Source: Mobula hypostoma
Lineage: Eukaryota
DNA: 64,000 nucleotides
NCBI RefSeq assembly: GCF_963921235.1
Contig: NC_086101.1
Location: 9,612,001 to 9,676,000, forward strand
Direction: 5' to 3'
This document shows, one piece after another, positions 22,895-36,173 of this stretch (positions are counted from its first letter, which is position 1; the number at the start of each line of letters is the position of its first letter). Position numbers and translations under genes: made by a program. The notes under the pieces are model-generated. The model was not told where the DNA came from, did not search any database, and was given only the letters and a program-made list of their open reading frames with translations.

Positions 22895-25075
22895 ACTCAG
22901 AATCAGGTTTAATATCATTGTCATATATTTAGAAATTTGTTGCTCTGCGCAGCAGTGCAATGCAACACATAATAATATTTTAAAACTATGAATTACAATA
23001 AGAAATACATGTTTAAAAACTAAATTAAATTAGTGCAAAAAACGAGCAAAATAGTGTTCATGGGTTCATTGTCCATTCAGGAATCTGATGGCGAAGGGGA
23101 AGAAGCTGTTACTGAAGCACTGAGTCTGTGTCTTCAGGCACGTCCTGGGCGCAGGGGATCTTGAATGATGATGCTACCTTTTCGAAGTGTTGCCTGCTGA
23201 AGGTGTCCTGGATGCCAGGGAGGCTAGCGTGCATGATGGAGCTGCCCGAGCTGTCAACGTTCTGCAGCTTTTTCCAATCCTGTGCAGTGGCCTCTCTGTA
23301 CCAGAAAGGTGATGCAATTTGTTCGAATGCTCTCCGTGGTACATCTGTAGAGATTTGTGAGTGTCTTTGGTGACATATTGAGTCCTGGCCTGGACATGTC
23401 TTGGGTTTGGGGGTTCTTAATGATGATTGAGACATCTCCTTTGGAAGATGTCCTTGATGCTGGAGCTCTTCCTTCTACATAATCCTCCACTTTGCTAACT
23501 TGGGGCATTTGTCTACTGCCATTACAGTTAGTGTGGGGAACTTGGTGATGGCAATGATATTGCTTCACGTTGTAGTTTAAGTCTATTGTTACATATATAC
23601 TGTACATACCTCAGACAAAAGTGCCTCAAAACTTTCCATGTGGCAAATTAAAGAAAAACTTTTAAATGTGATGCCTCAGGAAGGAGGCAGCCATCATTAA
23701 GCTCCCCCTTCTTCTCATTGCTACCATCAGGGAGGAGGTACAGGAGCCTAGAGACCCACACTCAACATTTCAGAAACAGCTTCTTCCTCTCCACCATCAG
23801 ATTTCTTGAACTAATTTGCTCTCTTGTTGCGCTGCTTGTTTATATTGTTATGACCTCTCGTAATTTTTATGCAGTTGACATCTCAGGCTGAAGGTTTGTG
23901 GTTTTTTTGTGTATTGCACTCTGTTGCTGCCAGAAAACATATTTCACAGGATATGTCAGTGATAATAAACCTAATTATGGTAAATTATTAAATTGGTTCA
24001 TTGCTGTCTCATGTACCGTGGTTCAATGTAAAACATTGCTTTAAATGCTCTCCATACAGCTCATTTCATCACATCAGTACATTGAGGTAATACAAGGGAA
24101 AAGCAGAATAAAGGGTTACCGTGACGGAGAAAGTGCAGTGCAGAAAGACAATCAAGTTCAATGCCATGATATTATCGATTGTGACCAAGAGTCTACAGGG
24201 GGTCGTTCAATAATCTTCTAGCAGTGGGACAGAAAGCTGTCCTTCAGCCCGGTGGCATGTGCTTTCAGGATTTTGTGTCTTCTGCCCGAGAGGGGAAAAG
24301 AGGGAATTTCATGGGTGGGTCCGATCTTTCGTTATGCTGGCTGCTTGACTGAGGGAGAGAGAAGTACAGACAGAGCCCATGGAGGGCAGGTTGGTTTCTG
24401 TGATAAAACTGAGCTGTGTCCACGACTCTCTGCAGTTCCTTCTTGTGGGCCGAGCAGTTGCTATGCGAAGCCATGACACAGCTGCACAGAATGCTTCCTG
24501 CGGTGGACCTTGAGAAATCAGAGAGGAGCAAAGTCGACATGTCAAATTTCTTTAGCCTGCAAGTGTAAGATGAGAGTGAAAAGGAAAAAAAGTCTGAAGC
24601 ACTTTTGGATTTTTTTTACATTGGTTCAAGATCTTAATGGCTGTGGGGAAGAAACTGTCTTTGAACCTTGAGGTGTGGGTCTTCAGGTTTTCGTACCTCC
24701 TGTCTGATAGCAGGAATGAGGAGAGGGCATGGCCCGGATGGCCAAAATGTCCCAAATGATGGACATCTTGTAGATGTCCTGGATGGTGGGAGAGCAGCCT
24801 GAGCTCACCACTCCCTACAGCCCCTTGAGTTCCCGTGTATTGGTGTTCCCACTTGAAGCCGTGATGCAGCCAGTCGGAGCACTTAACACTGTGGATTTGT
24901 GAAAGTTGATCAGAGTCTTCAAAGTTATGCGGCATCTACTTAAACTCTGAAAAAAAATAGAGAGGCTGGCATGCTTTCTTGGTGGTTGCATTGTATGCAG
25001 AGCCCAGGAGAGGTCTTCAGAGATGCTGACACCCAGGTACCAGCAGCTGCTCAGCCTTTCCGCTACTGACCCTGA
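22895..25075. mobile_element. Cluster of Rex/Babar 3' fragments, mostly minus strand
   Basis: TCAGAATCAGGTTTAATATCA tail; HALSSFLLSDRRYENLKTHTSRFKDSFFPTAIKILN translation. Confidence 0.72.
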
Positions 25076-26776
25076 AATGAGGCCACTTCAGCTGGCTTCA
25101 GCCCACAGTCTTCCACTGTGTTGTTTTCTGAGCCCCTGGTCATTGTCTTCTGGGCATTAAGGGGTGTATTGCACTCAGTTTGGAGCATTCAAAGACAAGG
25201 AGCTTTTGTTCGTGTGTCAACATGTAAATATGCTGGTATCTTCAGAGCAGGCAGTGTGCTGTTTAAACAGGTAAATCCAGTCCCCACATCAACGCTCCTT
25301 TCAATATTAGCAACAAAGAATGAGGTTGGAGATGGACAGGCAGCATCGAGGGGTCTGCTGCCGAGGCCAGTCTGTGCAGCTCGATATGTCGTGAACGCTC
25401 TGGGAATGGAGATGTTATCTTCTGGGGACGGAGCCTGAGCGACAGTGTGCAGACTGCTGAGGAAGGACCTTCTGCAGACAGCAAGTTGGCGAATCAGAGG
25501 CCCGATAGTGTATCCGAAAGTCAGAGGACAGATTTTTCTGAGCTGGAGGCCTAATGTCTGGGAGTCGGAGGTCCAATAGTAATGTCTGTGAGTCAGAGTT
25601 CCGCTGTCTGTGATGCCTGCGATCTGGAAGGCCCAGTGGTGTGTCAGGAAGCCGAAGGCCTGATATAGGAGAGTCTGCTGGTCCGGGCCAGGAATTGTAG
25701 GTTGGAGAACGAGACGTGGCCTGTCCATGGAAGTGTATGTGAGGTATGGTGGTGAGTGGGAGGGAGGGAAGGAGCTTGAGTAGCAGTGGTTGTTTGGTTT
25801 TGTTGCCTTTGTTATTGTTGCTTGTTACTGCTCTGCTGAACACTGTGGGTATGCTATGTTGGCACTGGACTGTGTGGTGACGCTTACGGGCTGCCCCCAG
25901 AACATCCGTAGATTGTGTTGGCTGCTGACAGAAATGACGCATTTCATGTGTTTCAGTGTACTGGTGATAAATAAATAAATCAGAATCTGCCCCGTGGGTG
26001 TTCCAGGGACAGCAAGGAGGTGCTGCCCGGTGGTTCGATCCCAACCTCCGGTGATGCCTGTGTGTGGAGGTTGTGACTCACGGGTGCTCCAGTTATTTTC
26101 CATTTGCAGAGCCATGCTGATCTGGCAGGGTAATCAGCCTCTGTAAATTACCCCTGATGTAGCAGAATCAGGGGCTGGAGGGGCGGCTGTCAATGGGCAA
26201 AATGGAGAGAATAGGAAATAATTGGGCAAGTGACATTTAAAGTCAGCTTAAAGTCAATACTTCCTTTTTCTTTCAAAAAAGCATTACACTAACGTACACA
26301 AAGGAAGAAAGAGTCTTAAAATTCATGGGAAAGCGCAATCCATCACAACTAAAGCCCTCCCTATCATTGAGCACATCTACACAAGCCCTGTTACAGGAAA
26401 GCGGCATCCATCATCCAGACTGCTGCCTTCAGGGAGGAGGTACAGGAGCCTCAGGACCCACTCCCACAGCTTCGTGAACAGTCAACCATCAGGCTCTTCA
26501 ACAACAGGGGATGACTTCACTCACCCCATAGCTGAACCGTTCCCACAACCCTCGGACTCACTAGCAAGCACATCTCATCTCATCTTCTCAACATTTATTT
26601 ATTTATTTATTTATTTATTTATTTTTCTCTTTTTGCATTTGCACAGTTAGATATCTTTTGCACATTGGTGTTTGTCTGTCTTGTTGTGGGCGGTCCTTTA
26701 TTGACTCTATTGTGTTTCTTCGTATCTGCTATAAATGCCCACAAGAAAATGAATCTCAGGGTTGTATATGGTGATA

Positions 26777-27520
26777 CTGAATTGAACTGACTTTATTTTT
26801 TACATCCTTCACATACATGAGGAGCAAAAATCTTTATGTTACATCTCCATCAAAATGTCCAAAGTGTAATCATAGTAATTCATAATAATTTATAACAAAT
26901 AGAACAGTCAATGTAATATAGAGTACACTCAAGTCAGTGTGAGTTCATCAGTCTGATGGCCTGGTGGAAGAAGCTGTCCCGGAGCCTGTTGGTCTTGAGT
27001 TTTATGCTGCGGTACCACTTCCCGGATGGTAGCAGCTGGAAAAGATAGTGGTTGGGATGACTTGGGTCTCCAATGATCCTACAGGCCCTTTTTATACACC
27101 TGTCCTTGTAAATATCCTGAATCATGGGAAGTTCACAACTACATATGTGCTGGGCTGTCCACACCACTCTCTGCAGAGTCCTGCGATGAAGGGAGGTACA
27201 GTTCCCATACCAGGCAGTGATGCAGCCAGTCAGGATGCTCTCTATTGTGCCTCTGTAGAAAGTTCTTAGGTTTTGGGGGCCCATACCAAACTTCTGTGCA
27301 CAGACCATGTGAGGTCCTCGGTGATGTGGATGCCAAGGAACTTGAAGCTGTTTACCCTCTCAACCCCAGATCCATTGATGTCAATGGGGGTTAGCCCATC
27401 TCCATTCCTCCTGTAATCCACAACCAGCTCCTTCGTTTTTGCGACATTGAGGGAGAGGTTGTTTTCCTGACACTATTGTGTCAGAGAGATGGCTTCTTCC
27501 CTGTAGGCCACCTCTTTATT
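26777..27520 (-). mobile_element. Relatively young Rex/Babar fragment nested in an older Rex tail
   Basis: FYRGTIESILTGCITAWYGNC..HPNHYLFQLLPSGK..RDSFFHQAIRL. Same subfamily as 41215-41560. Confidence 0.88.
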
Positions 27521-28244
27521 GATGTACTTTGATAATAAATTTCTTTTGAACTTTTTGAACCTTTAGTTGTGTAAACTTTAATGAAAAGCATGTACGTTGC
27601 CCCATTGCCACTTATGTGGCCTCCTGGGCTGAGTCAATGTTCAAGGGGCTTCCCCACCCATCTCAGCCTCTCCATGTTTGGTCATGGAAAGAGGCCATTC
27701 TATGGTGTATCCTCACAGAGCCTTTGTATTGGCTGCATTGTGCTTCAGTGCATCCCTCTGCAGGTCCTCCTGCAGCCTGGACGTGTGCCAATCGGTAGTA
27801 TCCCCTTATGAGCATCTTTACTGTGCTGGGAGTCCAGTCGGTTTCGGGGACCCTGATCTGCTGATCATCCAGCAGCACCATGCTTCTGACACCAACTTAC
27901 GAACACTTACAAACGCAAGTCTACAAGTCTTTGGAACATAGCCAGAAAGTAGAGCACCCAGAGGAAAACCGTGAGGTCACGGGGAGAATGTACAACCTGC
28001 GTACAGACAGCGGTGGCAATCAAACGCCAATCTTACAGCTGAATGGTTCGGGGCAATGGGAGTGAATTGGAATTAAATTGCTTGGTCAGAATTTGAGCTA
28101 ATGCACTAGTCAGTTCCATTGCCTGGTAGTTTTGGCTAACCTTGTTTGGAATAATGAGTAGCCAGAATGACTCATGGTATGACAGAGAGATCTATCAATC
28201 TATACATTTGGTCAGCTCTACAGGGTGACGCACACAGGTACACG

Positions 28245-28380
28245 TACAAAACGTTGGAGGAACTCAGCAGGTCAGGCAGCATCAACAGAGAGGAATGAAG
28301 GGTCAACATCCCAGCCCAAAACATCGACTCTTTATTCCTCTCCATAGATGCTGTCTGACCTGCTACGTTTCTGCAGAATT
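28245..28380. mobile_element. Old fold-back PLE terminal-repeat remnant
   Basis: Inverted arms about 28266-28309 and 28321-28364, roughly 80% identical. Hammerhead core deleted at the apex. Confidence 0.7.
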
Positions 28381-28492
28381 AAACAAACTGACAGATAATC
28401 ATTTGATTTATCACCTTCTCTGTTTTTAAACAATTATGACGTTGAGACTCTTTCTAGGGCTTTGTAAGCTAATGCAAGGGGGGCATTATTTA

Positions 28493-30184
28493 GAAACATA
28501 GAAACATAGAAAGCCTACAGCACAATACAGGCCCTTCGGCCCAGAAAGCTGTTCCAAACATGTCCTTACTCTAGAAATTACTCAAGGTTATCCTTAGCCC
28601 TCTATTTTGCTAAGCTCCATGTACCTATCCAGGAGTCTTTTAAAAGACCCTATCATATCCGCCTCCACCACCATCGCTGGCAGCCCACCCCACGCACCCA
28701 CCACTCTCTGCGTAAAAAAACTTAACCCTGACATCCCCTCTGTATCTACTTCCAAGCACCTCAAAACTGTGCCCCCTCGTGCTAGCCATTTCAGCCCTGG
28801 GAAAAAGCCTCTGACTATCCACATGATCAATGCCTCTCATCATCTTATACACCTCTATCAGGTCACCTCTCATCCTCCATCGCTCCAAGCAGAAAAGGCC
28901 ATGTTCACTCATCCTATTCTCATAAGGCATGCCCCCCAATCCAGGCAACATCCTTGTAAATCTCCTCTGCACCCTTTCTATGGTTTCCACATCCTTGCTG
29001 TAGTGAGGCAACCAGAACTGAGCACAGTACTCCAAGTGCGGTCTGAGCAGGGTCCTATATAGCTGCAACTTTACCTCTCGGCTCTTAAGCTCAGTCCCAT
29101 GATTAATGAAAGCCAATGCACCATATGCGTTCTTAACCACAGAGTCAACCTGTGCAGCTGCTTTGAGTGTCCTATGGACTCGGACCCCAAGATCCCTCTG
29201 ATCCTCCACACTGCCAAGAGTCTTAACATTAATACTATATTCTGCCATCATATTTGACCTACCAAAATGAACCAACTTACGCTTATCTGGGCTAAACTCC
29301 ATCTATCACTTCTCAGCCCAGTTTTTCATTCTTTTGATGTCCCTCTGTAACCTCTGACAGCCCTCCACACTATCCACAACACCCCGAACCTTTGTGTCAT
29401 CAGCAAATTTACTAACGTGTCCCTCCACTTCCTCATCCAGGTCACTTATAAAAATCATGAAGAGTAGGGGTCCCAGAACAGATCCATGAGGCACACCACT
29501 GGTTACCAACCTCCATGCAGAATATGACCCATCTACAACCACTCTTTGCCTTCTATGGGCAAGCATCTGGATCCAGAAAGCAATGTCCCCTTATATCCCA
29601 TTCCTCCTTACTTTCTCTATAAGCCTTGCATGGGGTACCTTATCAAGTGCCTTGCTGGATTCCATATACACTACATCTACTGCTCTACCTTCATCAATTG
29701 TTTAGTCACATCCTCAGAAAATTCAGTCAGGCTCGTAAGGCACGACCTGCCTTTGACAAAGCCATGCTGACTATTCCTCAACATATTATGCCTCTCCAAA
29801 TGTTCATAAATCCTCCCTCTCAGGCTCTTCTCCATCAACTTACCAACCACTGAAGTAGGACTCACTGGTCTATAATTTCCTGGGCTATCTCTACTCGTTT
29901 TCTTGAATAAGGGAACAACATCTGCAACCCTCCAATCCTCTGGAACCTTTTCTGTCTCCGCTGATGATGCAAAGTCTTTGCCAGAGGCTCAGCAATCTCC
30001 TCCCTCACCTTCCACAGTAGCCTGGGGTACATCTCGTCCAGTCCCGGAGACTTATGCAACTTAATGCTTTCCGAAAGCTCCAGTACATCCTCTTTCTTAA
30101 TGTCTACATGCTCAAGCTTTTCAGTCCGCTGTAAGTCATCCCTACAATCACCAAGATCCTTTTCCGTAGTGAATACTGAAGCAA
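28493..30184 (-). mobile_element. 5'-truncated CR1, same subfamily as 81-3886
   Basis: ORFs 28640-29302, 29306-29566 and 29677-29865; tail AGAAACATAGAAACATAG on the + strand. Confidence 0.93.
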
Positions 30185-30531
30185 GATTTAAGGTGATTGG
30201 AGGACAGTATGGGGGATGCCTGAGGTAGGCTTATTTACTGTGTGCGTGAAACACCCTGCCAGGAGTGATGGAAGAGGAGATACATTAGGGAGATAATAGA
30301 GACTGTCAGATAAGGTCATGGATGATAGAAGAATGAAGGGCTGTGAGGGACAGAAGGGTTAGATTGATCTTAGAAAAGGTTGAAAGTTCGGCACAACATC
30401 GTGGGCCTGTATGGTGCTGTAGTGCTCCATGTTCTGTGAATGAAAAAAGATACTGGAGAGGTTGACAGGGAACTTGACGAAATGCTGTGCTAGTGTGGTT
30501 CCCACTTTACAAATGATCTCCGTGATCATTG

Positions 30532-30695
30532 GGACAGCACAATCGCGTAGTGGTTAGCACAGTACTTTACGGTACCAGCGACACAGGTTCAATCCCTGCT
30601 GCTGCCTGTAAGGAATTTGTACGTTCTCCCCATGACTGTGCGGGTTTCCTCCCACAGTCCAAAACCGTACTGGCTGGTGGGTTAATTGTCCCGTG
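30532..30695 (+). mobile_element. tRNA-derived V-SINE/HE1-like SINE
   Basis: A box TAGTGGTTAGC, B box GGTTCAATCC, V-domain-like GTTCTCCCCATGACTGTGCGGGTTTCCTCCCACAGTCCAAA. Confidence 0.78.
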
Positions 30696-30904
30696 ATTCG
30701 GCGCGGATGAAATTGGGGGATTGCTGAGTGGTGGGCTCGAGGGGCTGGATGGGTCTATTCCACGCTGTATCCCTACAAATAAACAAAGAAACAAACAAAC
30801 AGACAGATCCGATTCTGATTCTGTCAGAACACTGACAGACAGAGATGTGGACTTTAATTGAAAAGTTTAAACGCATTAAACATGAGAAGCAGGTTAAATG
30901 TTAA

Positions 30905-31215
30905 TGGCAACACAGAGAGCTCACAGCTCTGGAGACCCAGTTTCGATCCCGGCCTCCAGTGCTGTTTATGTGGAGTTCTCATGTCCTCCTTACATTTGCG
31001 TGGATTTACTACGAGTGCTCCATTTTCCTGCCACATCCCAAAAACGTGGAGTGGTGGGGCGGGGGGGGGGTGCATTGGCTGCAACAAACGAGGGGTGGAA
31101 TCCAGGGAGGTGGGTTTGACCGGAAAATGGGCTGAAAGCAGGATTGGTGTAGACGAGCGTTTGATGGATGATGCAGACTCAGTGGGTCAACGGCCACATT
31201 CCTCTGCTGTATAAC
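30905..31215 (+). mobile_element. V-SINE/HE1-like SINE with CR1-like tail
   Basis: B box TTTCGATCCC, GTGGAGTTCTCATGTCCTCC..CCACATCCCAAAAACGT, CR1-like 3' end. Confidence 0.65.
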
Positions 31216-32800
31216 TTCAGGAATCAAGTATGAACCAATGCCCTGACCTCCTGGGAATTCTGCACTCCACTGGAATTGCAATTGGTTTATTGCTGACGCA
31301 TTCACCGTGGTACATGCTTACTAATTTAATTGGTTTGGCATGACATCGTGGATCAGAGGGCCTGTTCCTGAGCTGTACTGCTCTGTGTTTTATGTTTATG
31401 CATTGTGAGAAACCAATTTTGTAAGCTGATTATACAGATCAATTCATTACACGGCGTATTGGTGCAGTATAAGGCAAAGCAATAACAGAATGTAGAATAA
31501 AGCATACAGCTACAGAAAAAGGGCAGTGCAGGTGGACAATAAGGTGCAAGATCAAATAAGGTAGATTGTGCGATCCAGAGTCTCTCTTATCCTACGAGGG
31601 AAATGTTGATGTATATATAGCAGCTGTCCTTCAGCCTGGTGGTACATGTTTTCAGTCTTTCAGTGGAAGCGACAATGGTTTCTGTGTTCTGCTGAGTTGC
31701 GGTCCACAACTCTCTGTGGTGATATGCAGGGTAGCCATGGTGCATGCAGGTAGTATACAATTTGTGGTAAATTGATAAGGAAGAGTTGACAGGGACATGC
31801 TAGATTTATTTAAGCTTCTGAGGAACTAGAGGCATTGGTGAGCTCTCTTGGCTGAGCCATCTATGTGGTTGGACCAGGACAGGATATTGGTGATGTCGCC
31901 TCCTCGAAACTTGAAGCTCTCAACCTCAACACCATGATGTAGACAGGAGCATATGTTTAAACCTTTTCCTGAGGTTTGTGACCAGCTTATTTGTTTTACT
32001 GGCGTTGAGGGGATGGTTGTTGTTATGATGCCATGTATCTAAGTTGTCTATCTCCTTCCTGCACTCTGACTCATCATTATTTGAGATACAGCTCATTCTA
32101 GTGATATCATCTGCAGACTCATGAATGGAGTTCGAGCAGCATCTGGCCACATGGTTGTTAGTGTACAGGAAGTGGAGTGGTGGGGTGGGGCAGGAGAATG
32201 GCTGAGGACTCTGCATTGTTTGGTAACAATGCACAGAATGACCATAGTGTAGGTGCTGATTGCTATCGCTATGGGCCAGTCAGGAAACCGAGGATCCACC
32301 TGCAGAGGTTGGTCATTCTGAAAACCCATTCTCTGTTGCACCTTCAGCGTTGGCCATGCCAAGTCCCAAAATTCCTTCCTGAAATCTCTCTGTGTAATTA
32401 TCCTGTCAGAATCTCTGTTAAAGCCTCCTTACATGGAATCAAATTATACCTACCAGTGCTGTGGAAAAGCACCTTGAGCTATCAGAACTGCTCTTGTGAA
32501 GAATGCCTTGCTGTTATTGAGCAGGGTGAGTGTTGACAATGGAAGTTGTGAAACAGCTTAGAAAGATTATGAGCCTTTACATTTTTATTAGTGCATGCTT
32601 ATCATTTACCAAAATGACCAGTTTGTAAAGCTGCTAGTCAGTGAAACATCCTCCCATTTGCGTGACACCATAAGTCTTCACCTAAACACGTTGCTTTTCA
32701 TAAGGATGTTCTGTCATCAGTAAGGAAATGACACAACCCAAAGGAGAAAAACAAATCTGGATACGGGGCAATTTTGTACAGAGAGGATTGTGGCTGAAAG

Positions 32801-32925
32801 GAGGCGGGGAAGGAGGAAGTCTGTGGAATGTTTTTCACACCATATGGGAATTCCCTCAAAGTCGTTTCAGAGTGAGATCATCGCGCTTCCAGTGTCAAAG
32901 GTGTTTTTACGGCAAAAGTGAAACT
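32801..32925. promoter_or_regulatory. Candidate immune enhancer/promoter (GC box, ETS/PU.1, NF-kB, IRF-E)
   Basis: GAGGCGGGG 32801, GAGGAAGT 32813, GGGAATTCCC 32846, AAAAGTGAAACT 32914. Confidence 0.4.
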
Positions 32926-33164
32926 AAGGAATTTTGAAAGCTATCTTGTTTTCATCGGTGCTGGTAGACGTCATCTGGATTTTCTCTGCCTTGTTTTTAT
33001 TTTGATGATGCAGACTTTTATTAAATGGAGAGTGAAGCCTTTCTGAAATGTTTTGACCTAACGTCAATAAGTTTGAAAGAATGCAGAGAAAATTTACGAA
33101 GATGTTGCCGGGACTTGAGAATCCGATTTATAGGGAAAGGTTGAAGAGGTTAGGACTATTTTTT

Positions 33165-34070
33165 CTGAATCAGAACCAGGTTTAATATCATGCGCGGGTT
33201 GTGAAATTCGTTAACTTTGCAGCAGCAGTACAAGGCAGTGTATGATAATACAGTGAGAAAAACTGTGAAATACAGAAAGTATATATAGTATGACAAATAG
33301 TTAAATTAAATAAGTAGAGCAAAAACATAAATTAAAGAAGTAATGAGGTACTGTTCATGGGTTTAATGTCCATTCAGAAATTGGACGGCAGAGGAGAAGA
33401 AGCTGTTCCTGAATCGCTGAGTGTGCGCCTTCAGGCTTCTGTACCTCCTACCTGATGGTAGCAATAAGAAGAGGGCTTGTCCTAGGTGATGGAGGTTCTT
33501 AATCACGGATGCCACATTTCTGAGGCACCGCTCCTCGAAGTTATTCTGGATGCTACGGAGGCTAGTACCCAGTGAAGATGGATACATCAGGCTGCTCTTC
33601 AGTGACTACAGTTCAGCATTCGATACTGTACTATCATCCCTTCAAAATTAATCAATAAACTTCAAGTCCTAGGCATTGCTACCCCCTTGTACAACTGGAT
33701 CCTCGATTTCCTCACTTGCAGACCCATGTCTGATTGGATTGGCAACGACATCTCCTCCATAATCTTTCTCAGCACAGGTGCAACACAGGACTGTATGCTC
33801 AGCCCCTGTTCTACTCGCTTTAACCTTATGACTCTAAGTTCCAATGCCATATCTAAATTTGCCGATGATATCACAGACGGTGGCCGAATCAATGGTGGTG
33901 ACGAATCAGCATATAGAAGGGAGAATGAAAATCTCACTGAGCGGTCACTCAATGTCAGAAAGACCAAGGAGATGATTATTGGCTTCAGGAGGAGGAAACT
34001 GGAAGTCCTTGAGCCTGTCCTCGTGGGGAGATCAGAGGTGGAGAGGGCCACAGAGGATCTGTCCTGGGTC
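33165..34070. mobile_element. Rex/Babar element: minus-strand 3' end joined to a plus-strand RT fragment
   Basis: [28 protein letters not shown] on +; LFLLLPSGRRYRSL on -. Confidence 0.85.
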
Positions 34071-34313
34071 TAAAGATTAATTTGCAGGTTGAGACTGTGG
34101 TGAGGAAGGCAAATGTGATGTTAGCGTTCATTTGAAGAGGACTAGAATATAAGAGCAAGGATGTAATGTTGGGACTCTATAAAGCACCAGTGATGCCTCA
34201 CTTGGGGTATTGTGAGCAGTTTTGGGCCCCTTATTTTAGAAAGGACGTACAGAAACTGGGGAGGGTTCAAAGGAGGTTCACAAACATGAGTCCAGAAACA
34301 TATATCTTGTCAT

Positions 34314-36173
34314 ATAGAAACATAGAAACATAGAAAATAGGTGCAGGAGTAGGTCATTCGGCCCTTCGAGCCTGCACCGCCATTTATTATGATCATGGCT
34401 GATCATCCAACTCAGAACCCCGCCCCAGCCTTCCCTCCATACCCCCTGACCCCCGTAGCCACAAGGGCCATACCTAACTCCCTCTTAAATATAGCCAATG
34501 AACTGGCCTCAACAGTTTCCTGTGGCAGAGAATTCCACAGATTCACCACTCTCTGTGTGAAGAAGTTTTTCCTAATCTCGGTCCTAAAAGGCTTCCCCTC
34601 TATCCTCAAACTGTGACCCCTCATTCTGGACTTCCCCAACATCGGGAACAATCTTCCTGCATCTAGCCTGTCCAATCCCTTTAGGATCTTATATGTTTCA
34701 ATCAGATCCCCCCTCAATCTTCTAAATTCCAACGAGTACAAGCCCAATTCATCCAGTCTTTCTTCATATGAAAGTCCCGCCATCCCAGGAATCAATCTGG
34801 TGAACCTTCTTTGTACTCCCTCCATGGCAAAGATGTCTTTCCTCAGATTAGGGGACCAAAACTGCACACAATACTCCAGGTGTGGTCTCACCAAGGCCTT
34901 GTACAACTGCAGCAGTATGTCCCTGCTCCTGTACTCGAATCCTCTCGCTATAAATGCCAGCATACCATTCGCCTTTTTCACCGCCTGCTGTACCTGCATG
35001 CCCACTTTCAATGACTGGTGTATAATGACACCCAGGTCTCGTTGCACCTCCCCTTTTCCTAATCAGCCACCATTCAGATAATAATCTGTTTTCCTATTTT
35101 TGCCACCAAAGTGGATAACTTCACATTTATCCACATTAAATTGCATCTGCCATGAATTTGCCCACTCACACAACCTATCCAAGTCACCCTGCATCCTCTT
35201 AGCATCCTCCTCACTGCTAACACTGCCACCCAGCTTCGTGTCATCCGCAAACTTGGAGATGCTGCATTTAATTCCCTCATCCAAGTCATTAATATATATT
35301 GTAAACAACTGGGGTCCCAGCACTGAGCCTTGCGGTACCCCACTAGTCATCGCCTGCCATTCTGAAAAGGTCCTGTTTATTCCCACTCTTTGCTTCCTGT
35401 CTGCTAACCAATTCTCCATCCACATCAATACCATACCCCCAATACCGTGTGCTTTAAGTTTGCACACTAATCTCCTGTGTGGGACCTTGTCAAAAGCCTT
35501 TTGAAAATCCAAATATACCACATCCACTGGTTCTCCCCTATCCACTCTACTAGTTACATCCTCAAAAAATTCTATGAGATTCGTCAGACATGATTTTCCT
35601 TTCACAAATCCATGCTGACTTTGTCCGATCATTTCACCGCTTTCCAAATGTGCTGTTATCACATCCTTGATAACTGACTCCAGCAGTTTCCCCACCACCG
35701 ACGTTAGGCTAACCGGTCTATAATTCCCTGGTTTCTCTCTCCCTCCTTTTTTAAAAAGTGGAGTTACATTTGCCACCCTCCAATCCTCAGGAACTAGTCC
35801 AGAATCTAACGAGTTTTGAAAAATTATCACTAATGCATCCACTATTTCTTGGGCTACTTCTTTAAGCACTCTAGGATGCAGACCATCTGGCCCTGGGCTT
35901 CTGCATGGAATTTGCCTTCAATCCCTTCAATTTACCTAACACCACTTCCCTACTAACATGTATTTCGCTCAGTTCCTCCATCCCACTGGACCCTCTGTCC
36001 CTTACTATTTCTGGAAGATTATTTATGTCCTCCTTAGTGAAGACAGAACCAAAGTAACTATTCAATTGGTCTGCCATGTCCTTGCTCCCCATAATCAATT
36101 CACCTGTTTCTGTCTGCAGGGGACCTACATTTGTCTTTACCAGTCTTTTCCTTTTTACATATCTATAAAAGCT
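34314..36173 (-). mobile_element. Young CR1 (about 1.86 kb, most of RT) nested in an older plus-strand CR1 (about 34072-36630)
   Basis: ORFs 35063-35869 and 34412-35047 (one stop between them); (TTTCTATG)n tail. Confidence 0.95.

Noticed and set aside
25189..26044. Long minus-strand ORFs (179 and 209 aa)
   Set aside because: They overlap a non-autonomous repeat with a Rex-like tail; no recognisable domain.
30532..30600. tRNA gene
   Set aside because: A and B boxes are present, but there is no cloverleaf and it continues into a SINE body.
32410..32525. Possible exon ending at G|GTGAGT
   Set aside because: Weak acceptor and no recognisable peptide; cannot be supported without transcripts.
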